Both the position numbers and the translations under genes were made by a program. The notes beneath the pieces were generated by a model. It ran no database searches. It was not told the origin of the DNA and saw only the letters and a list, made by a program, of their open reading frames with translations. Of a stretch of DNA of 64,000 nt, positions 25,295-42,434 are shown piece after piece. Within the stretch, counting starts at the first letter, position 1. Each line of letters begins with the position of its first letter. This DNA comes from Macrostomum lignano (Eukaryota): contig NIVC01002336.1 in NCBI GenBank assembly GCA_002269645.1, positions 62,001-126,000 on the forward strand, read 5' to 3'.

Positions 25295-26678
25295 TCAGCA
25301 GGAGCAGCCGCCGCTCTGCTGCTGCCCGCCCTGCTGTCCGGCGCCGCCCTGCAGCTGGATGGCCGGCGGCAGCTCCGAGGCGCCGGCATCGTCGGAGGCG
25401 GCCTCCTGGGCCAGGGCGTCCTTGGCCAGCTGCATGAAGGCGGCCTCAACGTTGACGGCCTCCTTGGCGCTGCACTCGAAGTAGGGCATGTTGGACTTGG
25501 TCTGCGCCCACTGGGCCGCGCGCTTCTTAGTGACGCCGCGGTTCTCCAGGTCGATCTTGTTGCCAACCAGCACGAATGGGAAATTGTCCGGGTCGCGGGG
25601 GCTGGCCTGGATGAGGAACTCGTCCCGCCACGAGTCCAGGGTCTTGAAGGAGTTCGGCTGCGTCACGTCGTACACTGCGGGTGCGGGCGGGGATCTGGGA
25701 GGTGATCGGGGATCTGGGAGGTGATCAGGGATCAGGGAGGTGATCAGGGGATCAGGGAGATGATAGGGGATCAGGGAGGTGATCAGGGGATCTGGGAGGT
25801 GACCGGGGATCAGGGAGGTGATCAGGGGATCTGGGAGGTGACCGGGATCTGGGAAGTGATCAGGGGATCTGGGAGGTGACCGGGGATCTGGGAAGTGATC
25901 AGGGGATCTGGGAGGTGACCGGGGATCTGGGAAGTGATCAGGGGATCTGGGAGGTGACCGGGGACCTGGGAGGTGATTGGGGATCTGGGAGGTGACCGGG
26001 GATCTGGGAAGTGATCAGGGGATCTGGGAGGTGACCGGGGACCTGGGAGGTGATTGGGGATCTGGGAGGTGATCAGGGGATCTGGGAGGTGATCAGGGGA
26101 TCTGGGAGGTGATCAGGGGATCTGGGAGGTGATCAGGGATCACGGAGGTGATCAGGGGATCTGGTAGGTGATTGGGGATTTGGGGGTGATTGGGGATCTG
26201 GGAGGTGATTGGAGACCTGGGAGGTGATTGGGGATCTGGGAGGTGATCAGGGATCTGGTAGGTGATCAGGGGATCTGGGAGGTGACCGGGGATATGGGAG
26301 GTGATCAGAGAGTTCCAGAAGTACTTCATAGCCCACAGCCCAGTCTGGTAGGACTGTACGAGAGGCTGGCGGTTCTGTCAGGGGTGCCAGCAGGCACAAC
26401 GCTCGGCACTCACCCAGCATGCAGGCGTCGGCGCCGCGGTAGAAGGCGACGCCCAGCGACTGGAACCGCTCCTGGCCGGCCGTGTCCCACAGCTGCAGGG
26501 TGACCACCCGGTCATCAACCATGAGCTCCTTGGTGAGGAAGTCCGCACCAATTGTGGCCTTGTACTGGTTGCTGAACTTCCTGTTCACGAATTGGTTCAT
26601 TAGGGAGGTCTTGCCGACACCGGAGTCGCCAAGGATGATCACCTTCAATAGGATCTTTTTGCGGCTGGCGCTGGACAT
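25295..26678 (-). CDS. Rab7: Ras-related protein Rab7, 2 exons, 214 aa
   Basis: Exons 26678-26414 and 25674-25295, phase 1. [73 protein letters not shown]-terminal CSC prenylation motif. Confidence 0.97.
25690..26310. repeat. ~20-bp minisatellite filling most of the Rab7 intron
   Basis: GGATCTGGGAGGTGATCAGG-type units. Confidence 0.93.
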
Positions 26679-27270
26679 GATTGGCTGCTTTTTAATTCAA
26701 ATTAACCTAACGCAGGTAAGATGCAGTTAGAGTGAGGTGTTTGGCATGCAATACACAGTTGGCGATGACTCAGAATAGCAGTGCTATTTTTTCACCACGG
26801 GCCCAAACTTAGTTGGTTATATTTTGATAAAAAATCAAGAATAAATTATTCATTGCAAAAACAGTTCACATCCCTCCAAAATTAGGCCATATGGATTTAT
26901 GGTTATAGTTATCTGGTAAATAAAAAATTGACAACCAAAAACAAGATAGACAAGAAAGCAAAAATGCAAAAGGAGCAAGCAAGCTTGGTTACAAAAGTGT
27001 CTTTTTTTCTTTCAGATTAAAAACAAATCATTTTTTTGAAATATGGTATAAATTATTTAAAAAATGGAATGATTTATTTAAATACATTTTAAATTATAAA
27101 TTTAATAAAGCAACATTTTAAACTCAAAGCCAACTGCTTATTTAAAAAATAAACAAAAAATATAAAAACTTTATTTCAAACTGAAAGTTCCAATATAACT
27201 ATTTTTTCTTATATCTATATCCATAGCCATATCTCATTTTTTCTATAGTTCATTCATGTCTTCTTGCTGT

Positions 27271-27442
27271 CATACATGCGCAACCTTGGGAATCACCCAG
27301 CCATTTCTATTAGCAACACATACATGTAAGTCACTATTGGCTGAGAGCAATCATGTGACTACTATTCTGTCCAATAGCAACTTACATATATGTGTTGCCA
27401 ATAGAAATGGCCAAGTGAATCCCAAGGTTGCCCCCAAGCATG
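27271..27442. mobile_element. hAT-type palindromic MITE (CATACATGCGCAAC end family)
   Basis: Begins CATACATGCGCAACC; arms are near-perfect inverted repeats; 8-bp TSD CTTGCTGT at 27263-27270 and 27443-27450. Confidence 0.85.
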
Positions 27443-28046
27443 CTTGCTGTGATTGCAATATGCCATAAAAAAGTATGTCATCTTTTCATAGGCTTTTTAA
27501 AAAATAATGACATGAAAAAATAGATTTTTTCATTTTTAAATTAAAAAAAATCAGTTATGTCTAGCATAACAATAACAAATTATTAAATACAAAGCCAATA
27601 GATATATTTTTAACTCATAACTGGGTCCTAATATCTTGTTTTAAATATAGGTTATTTATAGGCCTATTAATAGAAATTTTGGCAAAATTATCTTTGTTTT
27701 TATTTTTATTACTTCTTGATAGCAAACAACTTTTTATGCTACATTATATTTTTATAAAAGGAAAAAATAATAGAATTGCTATTTGTTATAGCAAAAAATG
27801 GTAAAAATGTTTTTCTATATGTTTTAAGGCTAGACTAACTTTTTAGGTATAGTTATTAAAGTTTTTGCTATTATTTATTATTTATTATAATTAAATAAAA
27901 AATTTTAAATGTATCTATTTATAAAGGATAAAAAAGCATAAAAATGATATATATATAATTGATTATTTGGAATAGACTAGAAATCAATGAATAAAAATTT
28001 ATATACTTATTTAATTCTAATATTAGTAAATGTAGTACGTAATTTT

Positions 28047-28444
28047 TACGAAGAGCTTGCGTGCACGGCAGCCGTTCACGTAAGCTCAGAATTGCGTGCA
28101 CGGCGGCTATCTACCTAGTGCTTTATTTGCATGTATGCAGCCGTACACCTAGTGTTGTAATTGCGTGCACGGCAGCCAGCAATTGGCCGGGACTGGGGCC
28201 CTTAAATCCACGCATTGGCATTGGCAAACCTAATTAAAAAATATTTTTACTATATTGTTTTATAATGTTTTATCCCCCATACACCATGGACTGCAAATGT
28301 AATCTTAATTCATTGTTTTTTTGTTAACTTGAATATTAATTCAAATAGTATATGACTTACTGTATAAGCCTATAAGATATAGCTCTGCCGTGCACGCAAT
28401 TCTGAGCTTACGTGAACAGTGGCCGTGCACGCAAGCTCTTCGTA
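28047..28444. mobile_element. Inverted-repeat (MITE/foldback-like) element
   Basis: 58-bp inverted arms at 28047-28104 and 28387-28444, built on the repeated motif TTGCGTGCACGGC. Confidence 0.7.
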
Positions 28445-30856
28445 ATTTTTAAGTTCAGATAAAAATGATCATATTCAAAATGCCTAATACAAATATTAAA
28501 AAATCTCACTCACTGGAGTCCCTACTAAGCTATCCCCCAATAGAATAAGAATAGGCCTAGAGGCCAGAGCATGGTCTAGACTAGGCATGGTAGTGGCATA
28601 AGTAAATTAATAATAATATTAACATAATAAATATGGTTGAGCAGGCATAGGATTATGAGTTATGACTATGACTGAACTAGGCCAAAAGTTTTTTATTCAT
28701 CTAAATTTCATGATTTCACAGTCACAGGTAGTATACCAAATAAATATAAAATAAATTTGCTTGCCTTGGCTTAGTTAGCCCCCTACTGGCTACTGCATTC
28801 TATTTTCTATTTCTATAGCCTGTTACAACTATATATATTTATAGATATATAGTTTAATAGTTGTAGCATATAGATATATCTAGATATAATAATTAATATA
28901 TACAGATATAAATATCTGTCACTCCAACTCTTAGTACTCCTAGTCGGTCACATACCAGGACTCTCAGCTCAGGACTGCTAGAACGGAAACTAAAATTCGT
29001 TCGCTTTAAAATATTTTTAACAGAAAAACTCCTAATAATAGTCATGATATAGATCTGCTTATACCTATCAAAAAGACCTATTAAATAGGCCCCGGCCTTA
29101 TGCTGCGCTGCAGCAACCTGCCACAGACAGCCACAGCCACAGGCCAGTAAAGTACTCGAAATGAACTGCTGTTATTTGGACTTGGACGGTAAAGCAGGTG
29201 ATTGATGACGCAAATAATATTTATGCATAACTGTGTCCTGTTGATAGTTATTCCTATAAAAATTAGCATTGGCTGCGAAAAATACTTTATTGCTCTAGTA
29301 CGGCCTACTAGTGTCCTAATTAGTTAAGTTTTGTTATAACATAATTTCCTATTTAACATACGTATTCTTCGTTTTTGCATGAATTTATCGCCTCGATACA
29401 TGTATTTTGTTCCTGTGCGAGTACCTTCATTAAAGTCTATCCATATCTGGAAATAAACTATTTGTTAAATTCAAAACAAATTCGTCCACAGCGAACAACG
29501 CCGCCAATACGAAAATTCTTAATGTGCATTAACACTTACTCGTCAATTACTACTTAATTAAGATATAAATAAGTAGTAAGATTAGTATAGACAGATATAT
29601 CGTATATATAAGTAAGGTACAGTGAATTTTTCGTGTAATGGCGTATCTTTACATGTACTAGTACAATGAAAGCCAATGAGCCTAATTGTATCAAACAAAT
29701 AGAACATATTATAATGCATGTTGTCTGCGTAAATTTCGCAACGAAGACAAACTGCCCAGTTACCCACGAAAAATCTGCTTTATAGATACAATCAAATTCG
29801 GACTGCCCCTGAACGATACATCATATATTGCAACTAAAATCGGTCAGCGGTAGAGGATTCCCCTGGCTTAGTACTTTGCCTACCTGACGATGTGTCTATA
29901 GACGTATCTGCCTGTCTGTCTGAAAGCCTTGTACGAGTGCAAGTACTAAAGTAGTCCATATTTATATTTTTGTATTATGCTGTAAATTCACAAATTAACT
30001 TTCACTATTAAAGTGCAACCGTTTAAAAACTAACCAAAAAGTCGTAGCAACGAGGATATTAAAGAAAAGTGCTTTTTAGAATCAATTCTTAGAGACCAAA
30101 ATTAATTAAGCGTTTGTTGGACAAAAAATAGATTTTATTTTACGATTCCTATGATCGAATTTTGATTGGACGATGGTCCTCTGCAGAACTGAATTTGGGA
30201 ACAAAAATGATTACTGTTTATTAGTTGAAGCAGTTTTGACAATTTTTAGTGAAAATCAACCAGTCAATTAATCAAACGTTAAACCGATGGCAGACCGAAA
30301 ATATGATGAATCATTTTTCGTTGGCCATCGGAATAACCGGAATAAATCGAGCATTTTCATCAAATTTTGGCCGTATAAAAAGGACAGCTATATGCGCGTT
30401 CTACTACTTATTTAGATAATTACAATAGAAAAATGTGCATAAAAATGACCGGAAACCACCACAAACAAAAAACTAATGAGGTAAAAATTTGAAGACGAGG
30501 GGAGTCAGATGTTAAACTTATTTAAGCTGTTGGGGATTTTAAAATTACAATTAGTTTCAGTAGCAAATCGCGGGCATGGACATAAAAAATCGCACAGTCT
30601 ATCTACACAAATTGCTTATATTTAAATCGTTTTTGTTTTGCTACTATCGATAGTGTCTGGATAAATAAGCAAGGCTGATAAAAGAAATTTTCACGATAAA
30701 AATTATAGGAATCAGAATTTCGAAGATGCCGGACAGACGGCGACCACGAAGAGCAAAAAACGTTGAGATTTCTTGCAAGAAATTCAACTTCAATTTAACC
30801 AGCTTTTAAGTTTTTGTAAGCGCTTTAAGTGATTTTTCATTATTTGCTGCGCGCTT

Positions 30857-35707
<4,851 letters not shown>

Positions 35708-35940
35708 CTTGCGGGCGATTAGAAGCTAGAAGAAGAAGAAAAACAATATAAAAATTATCTTGCTGGCACAGTTAAAAGAAGTGCTCCTAGTGCTAAGAAA
35801 TTAATATAGTTCTGCTGAGTCACGGCCACTGGCCAAGGCAGCAGAGAGATACTGTATATACGCAGAGACAACTTAAGGGCCAGGGACGCCTTAAGTGAAG
35901 CATCTGGACCGGCAACGTAGCTCTGACTGGGGGAGGGAGG

Positions 35941-35950
35941 GTGACGTCAC
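35941..35950. promoter_or_regulatory. CRE-type palindrome upstream of cathepsin L
   Basis: GTGACGTCAC about 235 bp 5' of the ATG; motif only, no functional evidence. Confidence 0.3.
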
Positions 35951-36654
35951 TTGAGGCCAATTAAATGATAGTTCACTCAATTAAACGCGCAAAAAGGTAG
36001 GCAGAAAATTTCGCACCACATCCGTATTTGAAGCAGCTGCAGTCCTGTTGAAATTAGAATAAAAAATATCCGATTACAGTTTACAAAAGCTGCTGTTGCC
36101 ACCCCCAGATTCTCTGTCTGGGACTCCCTGGCAAGGTGGGGGTTTACGCAGGTACAGAGAGACACGGCCAATAAACAAAGAGAGAAAAGCAATCGGGAGC
36201 TGTGAGCCAGCTGCTAGTTGCTAGGGGCAGAGTGGCCTGAGAGAGACAGGAAGAAAGGAGAGAGACCTAAGCTATCTCTATGCTCAATGGACTGTACACT
36301 GGCTGTACATGAACTAAAATTGGATCTTACAAATTGAAACGGGGTACAAAAGGACGAAAAAAATGAAAGCAAAAAATTCAAACAGTACTACTCGAGTAGA
36401 GTGTACAATATTCTTTAAATTTAATTATTCTAAACACAAGAAATATTACATTAATAGTACTTCAAAAGCATTTACAATTAATAAAACAATTGGAGAACTG
36501 CGCATTTACAAACAGGCAATACTTATTTTGTTTGTCTTTTATCAAATAGTGAATTTTAAACTCCCTATTGTAACATAAATTTTAGCCAAGCATAACAACC
36601 CGCGTCTATCTCACACAATAGAGGTCGAACACGCCATGTCCAACCCAGTATATT

Positions 36655-36885
36655 ACCACAAATCTAACAGGCCCATATTTAACCAAATACCACAAATCTA
36701 ACAGGCCCATATCTAACCAAACACCACAAATCTAACAGGACCATATCTAACCAAACACCACAAATCTAACAGGACCATATCTAACCAAATACCACAAATC
36801 TAACAGGCCCATATCTAACCAAACACCACAAATCTAACAGGCCCATATCTAACCAAATACCACAAATCTAACAGGCCCATATCAA
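36655..36885. repeat. 34-bp minisatellite 3' of the BAG gene
   Basis: TCTAACAGGCCCATATCTAACCAAATACCACAAA units. Confidence 0.92.
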
Positions 36886-37029
36886 ACCTACCAAGCATCG
36901 CAACACATGTAAGAAATACAAAATAGGAGTCTAACATCCCCTCCTCTAGCCAATATGAGAGAAACATTACAGGCACATGTTGAATTTGTAACACCAACAG
37001 CCGCTCCAAAGGCCAGCAACTAGAAGCAA

Positions 37030-39383
37030 TCAATCCAAAGAGAAGCCGGCCTCTTCAGCCATGCGCAGCAGATCCTGCAGCAAACTATCCGATATGTTAA
37101 GCATCGCCTGCAGCCTATCTGCCAGATCTTTTCGTCGGGCTCGAACTCGCGACGTTGCGGCAGCGTCGCCTAACGATAAACCGTCCAACCGCTCCAGTCC
37201 TCGCTCGCCGCGATCGTTAAACGCTAGCAACCGTTTAGATAGCGACTGGGCCGCCTGGCGTCTCAGATTCTGCGGCGTGAACCCCTTAGAGAAGCCGGCG
37301 TATTCGCTGTTCAGATCGTCCAGCTTGGCTTCCATCGCTTCCACTTCTCGGTCGACTGCGTCAAGCGCGGCAAATGCCTCCGGCCTGGCGACCTCCTCGC
37401 AGCTGCCGATCAGCATCAGCTTGCAGCCGGGTGACAGGCCCTGCTGGCTGAGGCTGCTGCCCGGCTGTAGCGACTTGCCTGTTGTGCCAGTGCGGTTGGC
37501 TTTTGTTTTATCACACCTTGATTAGTTGCTAGGGGAACAAGAGCAGAAGGGGAGGACTGGGAGGAGAGGGAGAGGAGAGATATCTGGGAGATCTTGGAGG
37601 AGACGGAGCAGCGTGAGAAGTGGGAGAAGTAGAGAAGAGGAAGAAATAGGAGAAGAGTGAGAAGAGGGCGAAATAGGAGGGAGAAGAGGGAGAAATAGGA
37701 GAAGTGAGAGAAGTGGGAGGAAAGGGAGAAATGGGAGAAGTGGGAGAAGTAGAGAAGAGTGAGAATTGGAAGAAGGGGGAGAAAAGGGAGAAGAGGGAGA
37801 AGAGGGAGAAGAGGGAGAAGAGGGAGAACTGGAAGAAGTGGAAGAAGAGGGAAAAGTGTGAGAAAAAGAAATGTGAGAACTGGGAGAACTGGGAGAAGAG
37901 GGAGAAGTGGGAGAAGTGGGAGGAGGGAGATGAGAGGGATGAGAGGAGTGTAGGAAGGGGAGAAATAAAACTTCATAACACAACCATGAGCAGTGAAGAC
38001 CCACTACTGGCCAATAAGAGGGTGGTAACAACGAGGCTACTTGGCAGAAATGTGCCAATATGTATCTGCCATTAGGTGGGAGTTTAATATGTAAAAGTCA
38101 GAACTTTTTTGGAACTTGAGTGCAATACAAAATATAAGTATTGGTTGTTAAAGAAATCATTTCACCTTTATAAATTAATTTCTGATTCTCCACTGGAACA
38201 TTGGTTTCCTTTGCGATAGCATTTGACAGGCTATCGAATGAGTCTTCCAGACAGGTGATGGCAATCTTCTTGCCAGCTAAAATACCAGATTGGATCATAA
38301 TTCTGGGTGCTGATTATTGATGTTTGATTATATCCATTTTTAAGCTTTTTGAAGCTAAAGGTCAAGTTAGTTGGCACAGATATATCTCTATCCATGCATG
38401 CACAATCTCCTGAATTGTGACAATTGTGTTTAATGAGCCTTTTTGCCACATAGCTTTGCTCAACTATTCAATGTTCCTCCTCTCTTGATTTGTTTGTTTT
38501 TTATCGTTGTCTAAGCTTTTCTTCTAATTCTTCTATTTTTCCATAATTTCTTGACTTATTAGGTTTAATTTTTTTATTTAAGGATTGTAAACACATTTAA
38601 GAACATAGACAAGACAACTTACTATCTATATAGACCTCCATTTACTCAAATAAGGTTGACTACTTTTTTTAACAACTTTGTATTTTTGAGCCATGATCAT
38701 TTTAGCTAATTTTACTATAATCTCAAACTGGTTATTAGATGCAGGCTTTAGTTTTGTACAAAATTGTTAAACTTTTGCTATATAACATTTCTAAAGTTGG
38801 AATACTAGATCTAAAACTAAGTAGACTGACTGACGAGGTGACTAGATGGCTGGCAACTCAAATTTGGAACTATACATGTCATTGAAGCATTTTCTTATAC
38901 ATCAAATAAGCTATTTTACTGTTGAAAATAAAAAAATTAAGTTTGTTCAAAAGCAGAAAACACATTTTCAAACCTTTTTTAGTCACTTTGTCTCTCCAAT
39001 AGAGAGATAATGGCATGTTTTTAAAAAAGGTAGAGAAGACAGCTACCAAATTCTAATTGCTACTGTATATTAGAAGAGTGGGTAATATATGTTCTATATT
39101 CAATGCAAATAAAACCCCATGTTGTCAAATTTTAATGATTGTTTGCTAGAGAAAGGCTATGGTAAGAGTGAAGAATAGCCATTTTTTGGCTCTAGAAAAT
39201 TATTTAAGCTGCACTCAGTTTAAAAGAGACTTGTAAATTATATATAACAGATTTTTTAATTTTCAGGTTTTGCAAATTGAGTATTTGTGTATAAAAAGTT
39301 TTTGCAGGCTCAAAACTAAACAACATTTATAAGTCTTAAATGCTTGCAGTCAACAGTGCTAAGAATTAGTGCTTACCTGCCAT
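37030..39383 (-). CDS. BAG1: BAG-1-like co-chaperone (ubiquitin-like + BAG domain), about 188 aa
   Basis: Exons 38276-38166 and 37478-37030 join in phase 1: KETNVPVENQKLIYKG|KSLQPGSSLSQQGLSPGCKLMLIG followed by a helical BAG domain (ERLDGL..RARRKDLADRLQ). The first exon ATGGCAG|gtaagc at 39383-39377 is tentative. Confidence 0.78.
37550..37965. repeat. Purine-rich low-complexity tract in the BAG intron
   Basis: GAGAAG-type repeats. Confidence 0.9.
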
Positions 39384-39634
39384 TAGAGCACAGTCTCCAA
39401 AATTTTCTTGTCTTATAACTTTGCCTTATTGCTAATAGACTGTGCCTTTGAAAATATAATATTTGAATGTATAAAAGTTGTCTTTTTCAATGCAAACTTG
39501 AATAATTAAATGCAATAAAATGAAAGAGCAATGAAATAGCTAAGATTAACCTTAACCCTATTAACCCTAACTATAAATGACTTTACTTTGAATATTTAAA
39601 ACTAAACAAATAGAAAACATTGTTATTGGAGCGT

Positions 39635-39940
39635 AGGAATTTCCCACAGGAAGTTTTCCTGCCAAGGTTTATCCCTGCAAACATTTCTCACAATGAGGTT
39701 TATTGTAGGGAATTTATAATTAGAATTTTAAGTCAAATCTAATCTATAAACAATGTTGTACTAGTCTAGCTAGATTAGGTTAGGCTAATTTAGACATGAA
39801 CTAGGGGCCTAGATTAGACTAGATTTCAAATCCAATTGGATTTGACTTGGAATTCTAATAAAAAACTCTATAGGAAACCTTGGCAAGAAAAACTCTCATG
39901 GAAAAACCTTGTTGCAGAAAAATCTTAGTTAGAAAAGCTT
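39635..39940. mobile_element. Degenerate copy of the 33116-33781 element
   Basis: Shares GAATTT(C/T)AAGTCAAATC..TCTATA.ACAATG.TG.ACTAG and the GGAAGTTTTCC..GAGGTTT arm. Confidence 0.6.
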
Positions 39941-40064
39941 GGCAAGATATTCTATCAACAATAACAAAATATGTGACCCCACATGCATAGTCACAGTTAG
40001 AGCAGGGCGTGTTAGATGGTGCGCCACAGAGCCTTGGAGCAAAAAAAGTCTGCTCCATTGGCAG

Positions 40065-40338
40065 CATACATGCGCAACCTCCAAAATTCGGTCGGCCATG
40101 CGACTTAGTTTTAACAAAAATGCGACTTACATGTAAAAAAACCCTAACACGAAATTAACGCTACTTTGGGTAAACGGCAGGAGTAACTATGACTGTCTTA
40201 TTAAGTCAAAATGCCTCGTCAGCTACTTAGTACTACTACTTTGGTATTTTTTCAGGTGGGCATTTTTGCGACTTCCTTGGTTGGCCGCCAAATCGGTCGG
40301 CCGGATCGGCCGACTTGGCCGACTGTTGCGCATGTATG
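40065..40338. mobile_element. hAT MITE carrying a 28S rRNA-like fragment, copy 1
   Basis: Perfect 14-bp TIR CATACATGCGCAAC; perfect 8-bp TSD ATTGGCAG (40057-40064 and 40339-40346); 28S-like segment at 40168-40231. Confidence 0.88.
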
Positions 40339-40462
40339 ATTGGCAGTGTCGGGCACCCTAGCGTCGCATAGCAAGCCTGACCCCACCTGAATAGACCCTG
40401 CAAGGTGAGCAGCAGGACATCCTGAATAGGTTAGGAGCAGTAGCCTTTAGCCTAGATCACAT

Positions 40463-42434
40463 TAGAGATGTTCCGAAATTTCGATTTCGATTTCGATTTT
40501 CCGAAATTCGGATTTTTTTAGAGCAAATTTCGATTTCGAAAAAATTTCGGAAGTCAAAATTTCGGAAGTGCCTACTTCCGAAATTTTTATCTGATTTTAG
40601 TTTTTTTAGAACTTCGTTACTGTCTTCGTTACTATCGGTGATATTATACAATTTTTACATGTAAAACTATTTGAATTTGTTAAAACTGTTCCATGCATGT
40701 AGGACATGTAACATGGTAGTTTGTACATGTGGAACTGTAAATTTTCGTAAATTTTGTTGCACTTTAAAGCTGCAAAAGCGTCTGCTGATATATTGCATAT
40801 TTTTCGCATTTTACAGTATATATATGTACATTTACCCAAGGACTTCTAGACTAACAGGACGTAAAACTCAAAGATCGTGCAATTTTTTGGAGGCCACGAT
40901 TTCCTAGAAAAAATACACTGCAAAGATAGGAAAAAATCTGTTTTTCGTCACAAAATCTGTGATTGTATTTGATCTGGGGCAGTGAAGACTACCATTCTTT
41001 TAATTTACCATGCACAACATGTTACTCTATTATATTTTCATATAGCTGTGTAGTGAAGTTTTCATTTTCATATTGTTTTCACTTTATTTCATAAGCCCAA
41101 AGTTGCAAACTCACAAGTGGCATTAGCCAAACTTTTTGTGTTGTTCTTTTTAAAATAAAGTATAAAAACATTGCAAGTAGGTACTCTTAGTCTTAAGCTA
41201 TTATTGTAGGTTTAGTAACTACACTAATTCCTAGGCCTACTAGAACTAGACCTATCACTACACTATCTAGCCTAATAAGTAATTAAATTTAGACAATGAT
41301 TTTTTTATTATATATAGATTACCAATACATAGTTTCATATGGTTGGTTACCTAGGCTTGAGAAAGCTGTATTATCAGTTTTTAAGCTAAGCCTATATTTA
41401 AGACTAAGATTTAAGAAGAATAGACTTAATCACAAAAATAGGCCCTAACCATTTTTAATAGGTATCTATAAGAAAAAACATTGATTAGTCCTTTTATAAT
41501 TTTTATTTTAAAGGCTAAAAATATTATTATATTACAAATTTGAATAGCTTTTCTTTTCTTGAATTTGATATTTGGCTAATGCCACTTGTGAGTTTGCAAC
41601 TTTGGGCTTATGAAATAAAGTGAAAACAATATGAAAATGAAAACTTCATTACATAGCTATATGAAAATATAATAGAGTAACATGTTGTGCATGGTAAATT
41701 AAAAGAATGGTAGTCTTCACTGCCCCAGATCAAATACAATCACAGATTTTGTGACGAAAAACAGATTTTTTCCTATCTTCGCAGTGTATTTTTTCCAGGA
41801 AATCGTGGCCTCCAAAAAATTGCACGATCTTTGAGTTTTACGTCCTGTTAGTCTAGAAGTCCTTGCATTTACCGTACATGTACATGCATTATCGTTTACA
41901 CGATCTCAGTTATTGCTAGTCATGCAGTGATACATGTACATTTTAACTGTACATTTTATACATGTACAACTCAGTATGCACCCTATACCCTACCGCCTAG
42001 ACGGATAAAGGCAGAGAAATTTGTTTTGTCTAGCAGGGAAAAGGCGCGCTTTGCTGCCGTGCTTTAATACCGTCTAGTAATGCAATATACGCGCCTTAGT
42101 GTTTCTTTTAAAGGCACTAGTTCAAATAAATTACTTAACACATTTACAGATCATATGTAGTTTTCGCGTCGAAAAAAATTTTTGCATTTAAGTGTCAATG
42201 AGGGATTCTACTTATTTAGTGGCCGAAAATAAACGAACTTCTGCTAAACATACATGTATTTTGTTTTGCATGGGCAGTAAATCGAAAGTAGAAAAGTGAG
42301 TGTCGGTTGTACTAAACTTTGTTTTTCTGAATTACGATTTCGGAAAATTTCGATTTCGATTTCGATTTCGGAAAGTAGCGAATTTCGATTTCGATTTCGA
42401 TTTCGACAGAAAATTCGCTTTTGGAACATCTCTA
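40463..42434. mobile_element. Non-autonomous hAT element, about 2 kb
   Basis: TIR TAGAGATGTTCC / GGAACATCTCTA; 8-bp TSD GATCACAT (40455-40462 and 42435-42442); subterminal (TTTCGA)n arrays at both ends; no transposase ORF. Confidence 0.88.
40837..41865. mobile_element. Nested element with ~295-bp TIRs
   Basis: 40837-41131 is the near-perfect reverse complement of about 41572-41865; 8-bp TSD CATTTACC (40829-40836 and 41866-41873). Confidence 0.9.

Noticed and set aside
40168-40231. Annotating a real rRNA gene
   Set aside because: Only about 64 nt match; the segment lies inside TIR/TSD boundaries and the flanking rRNA sequence is absent
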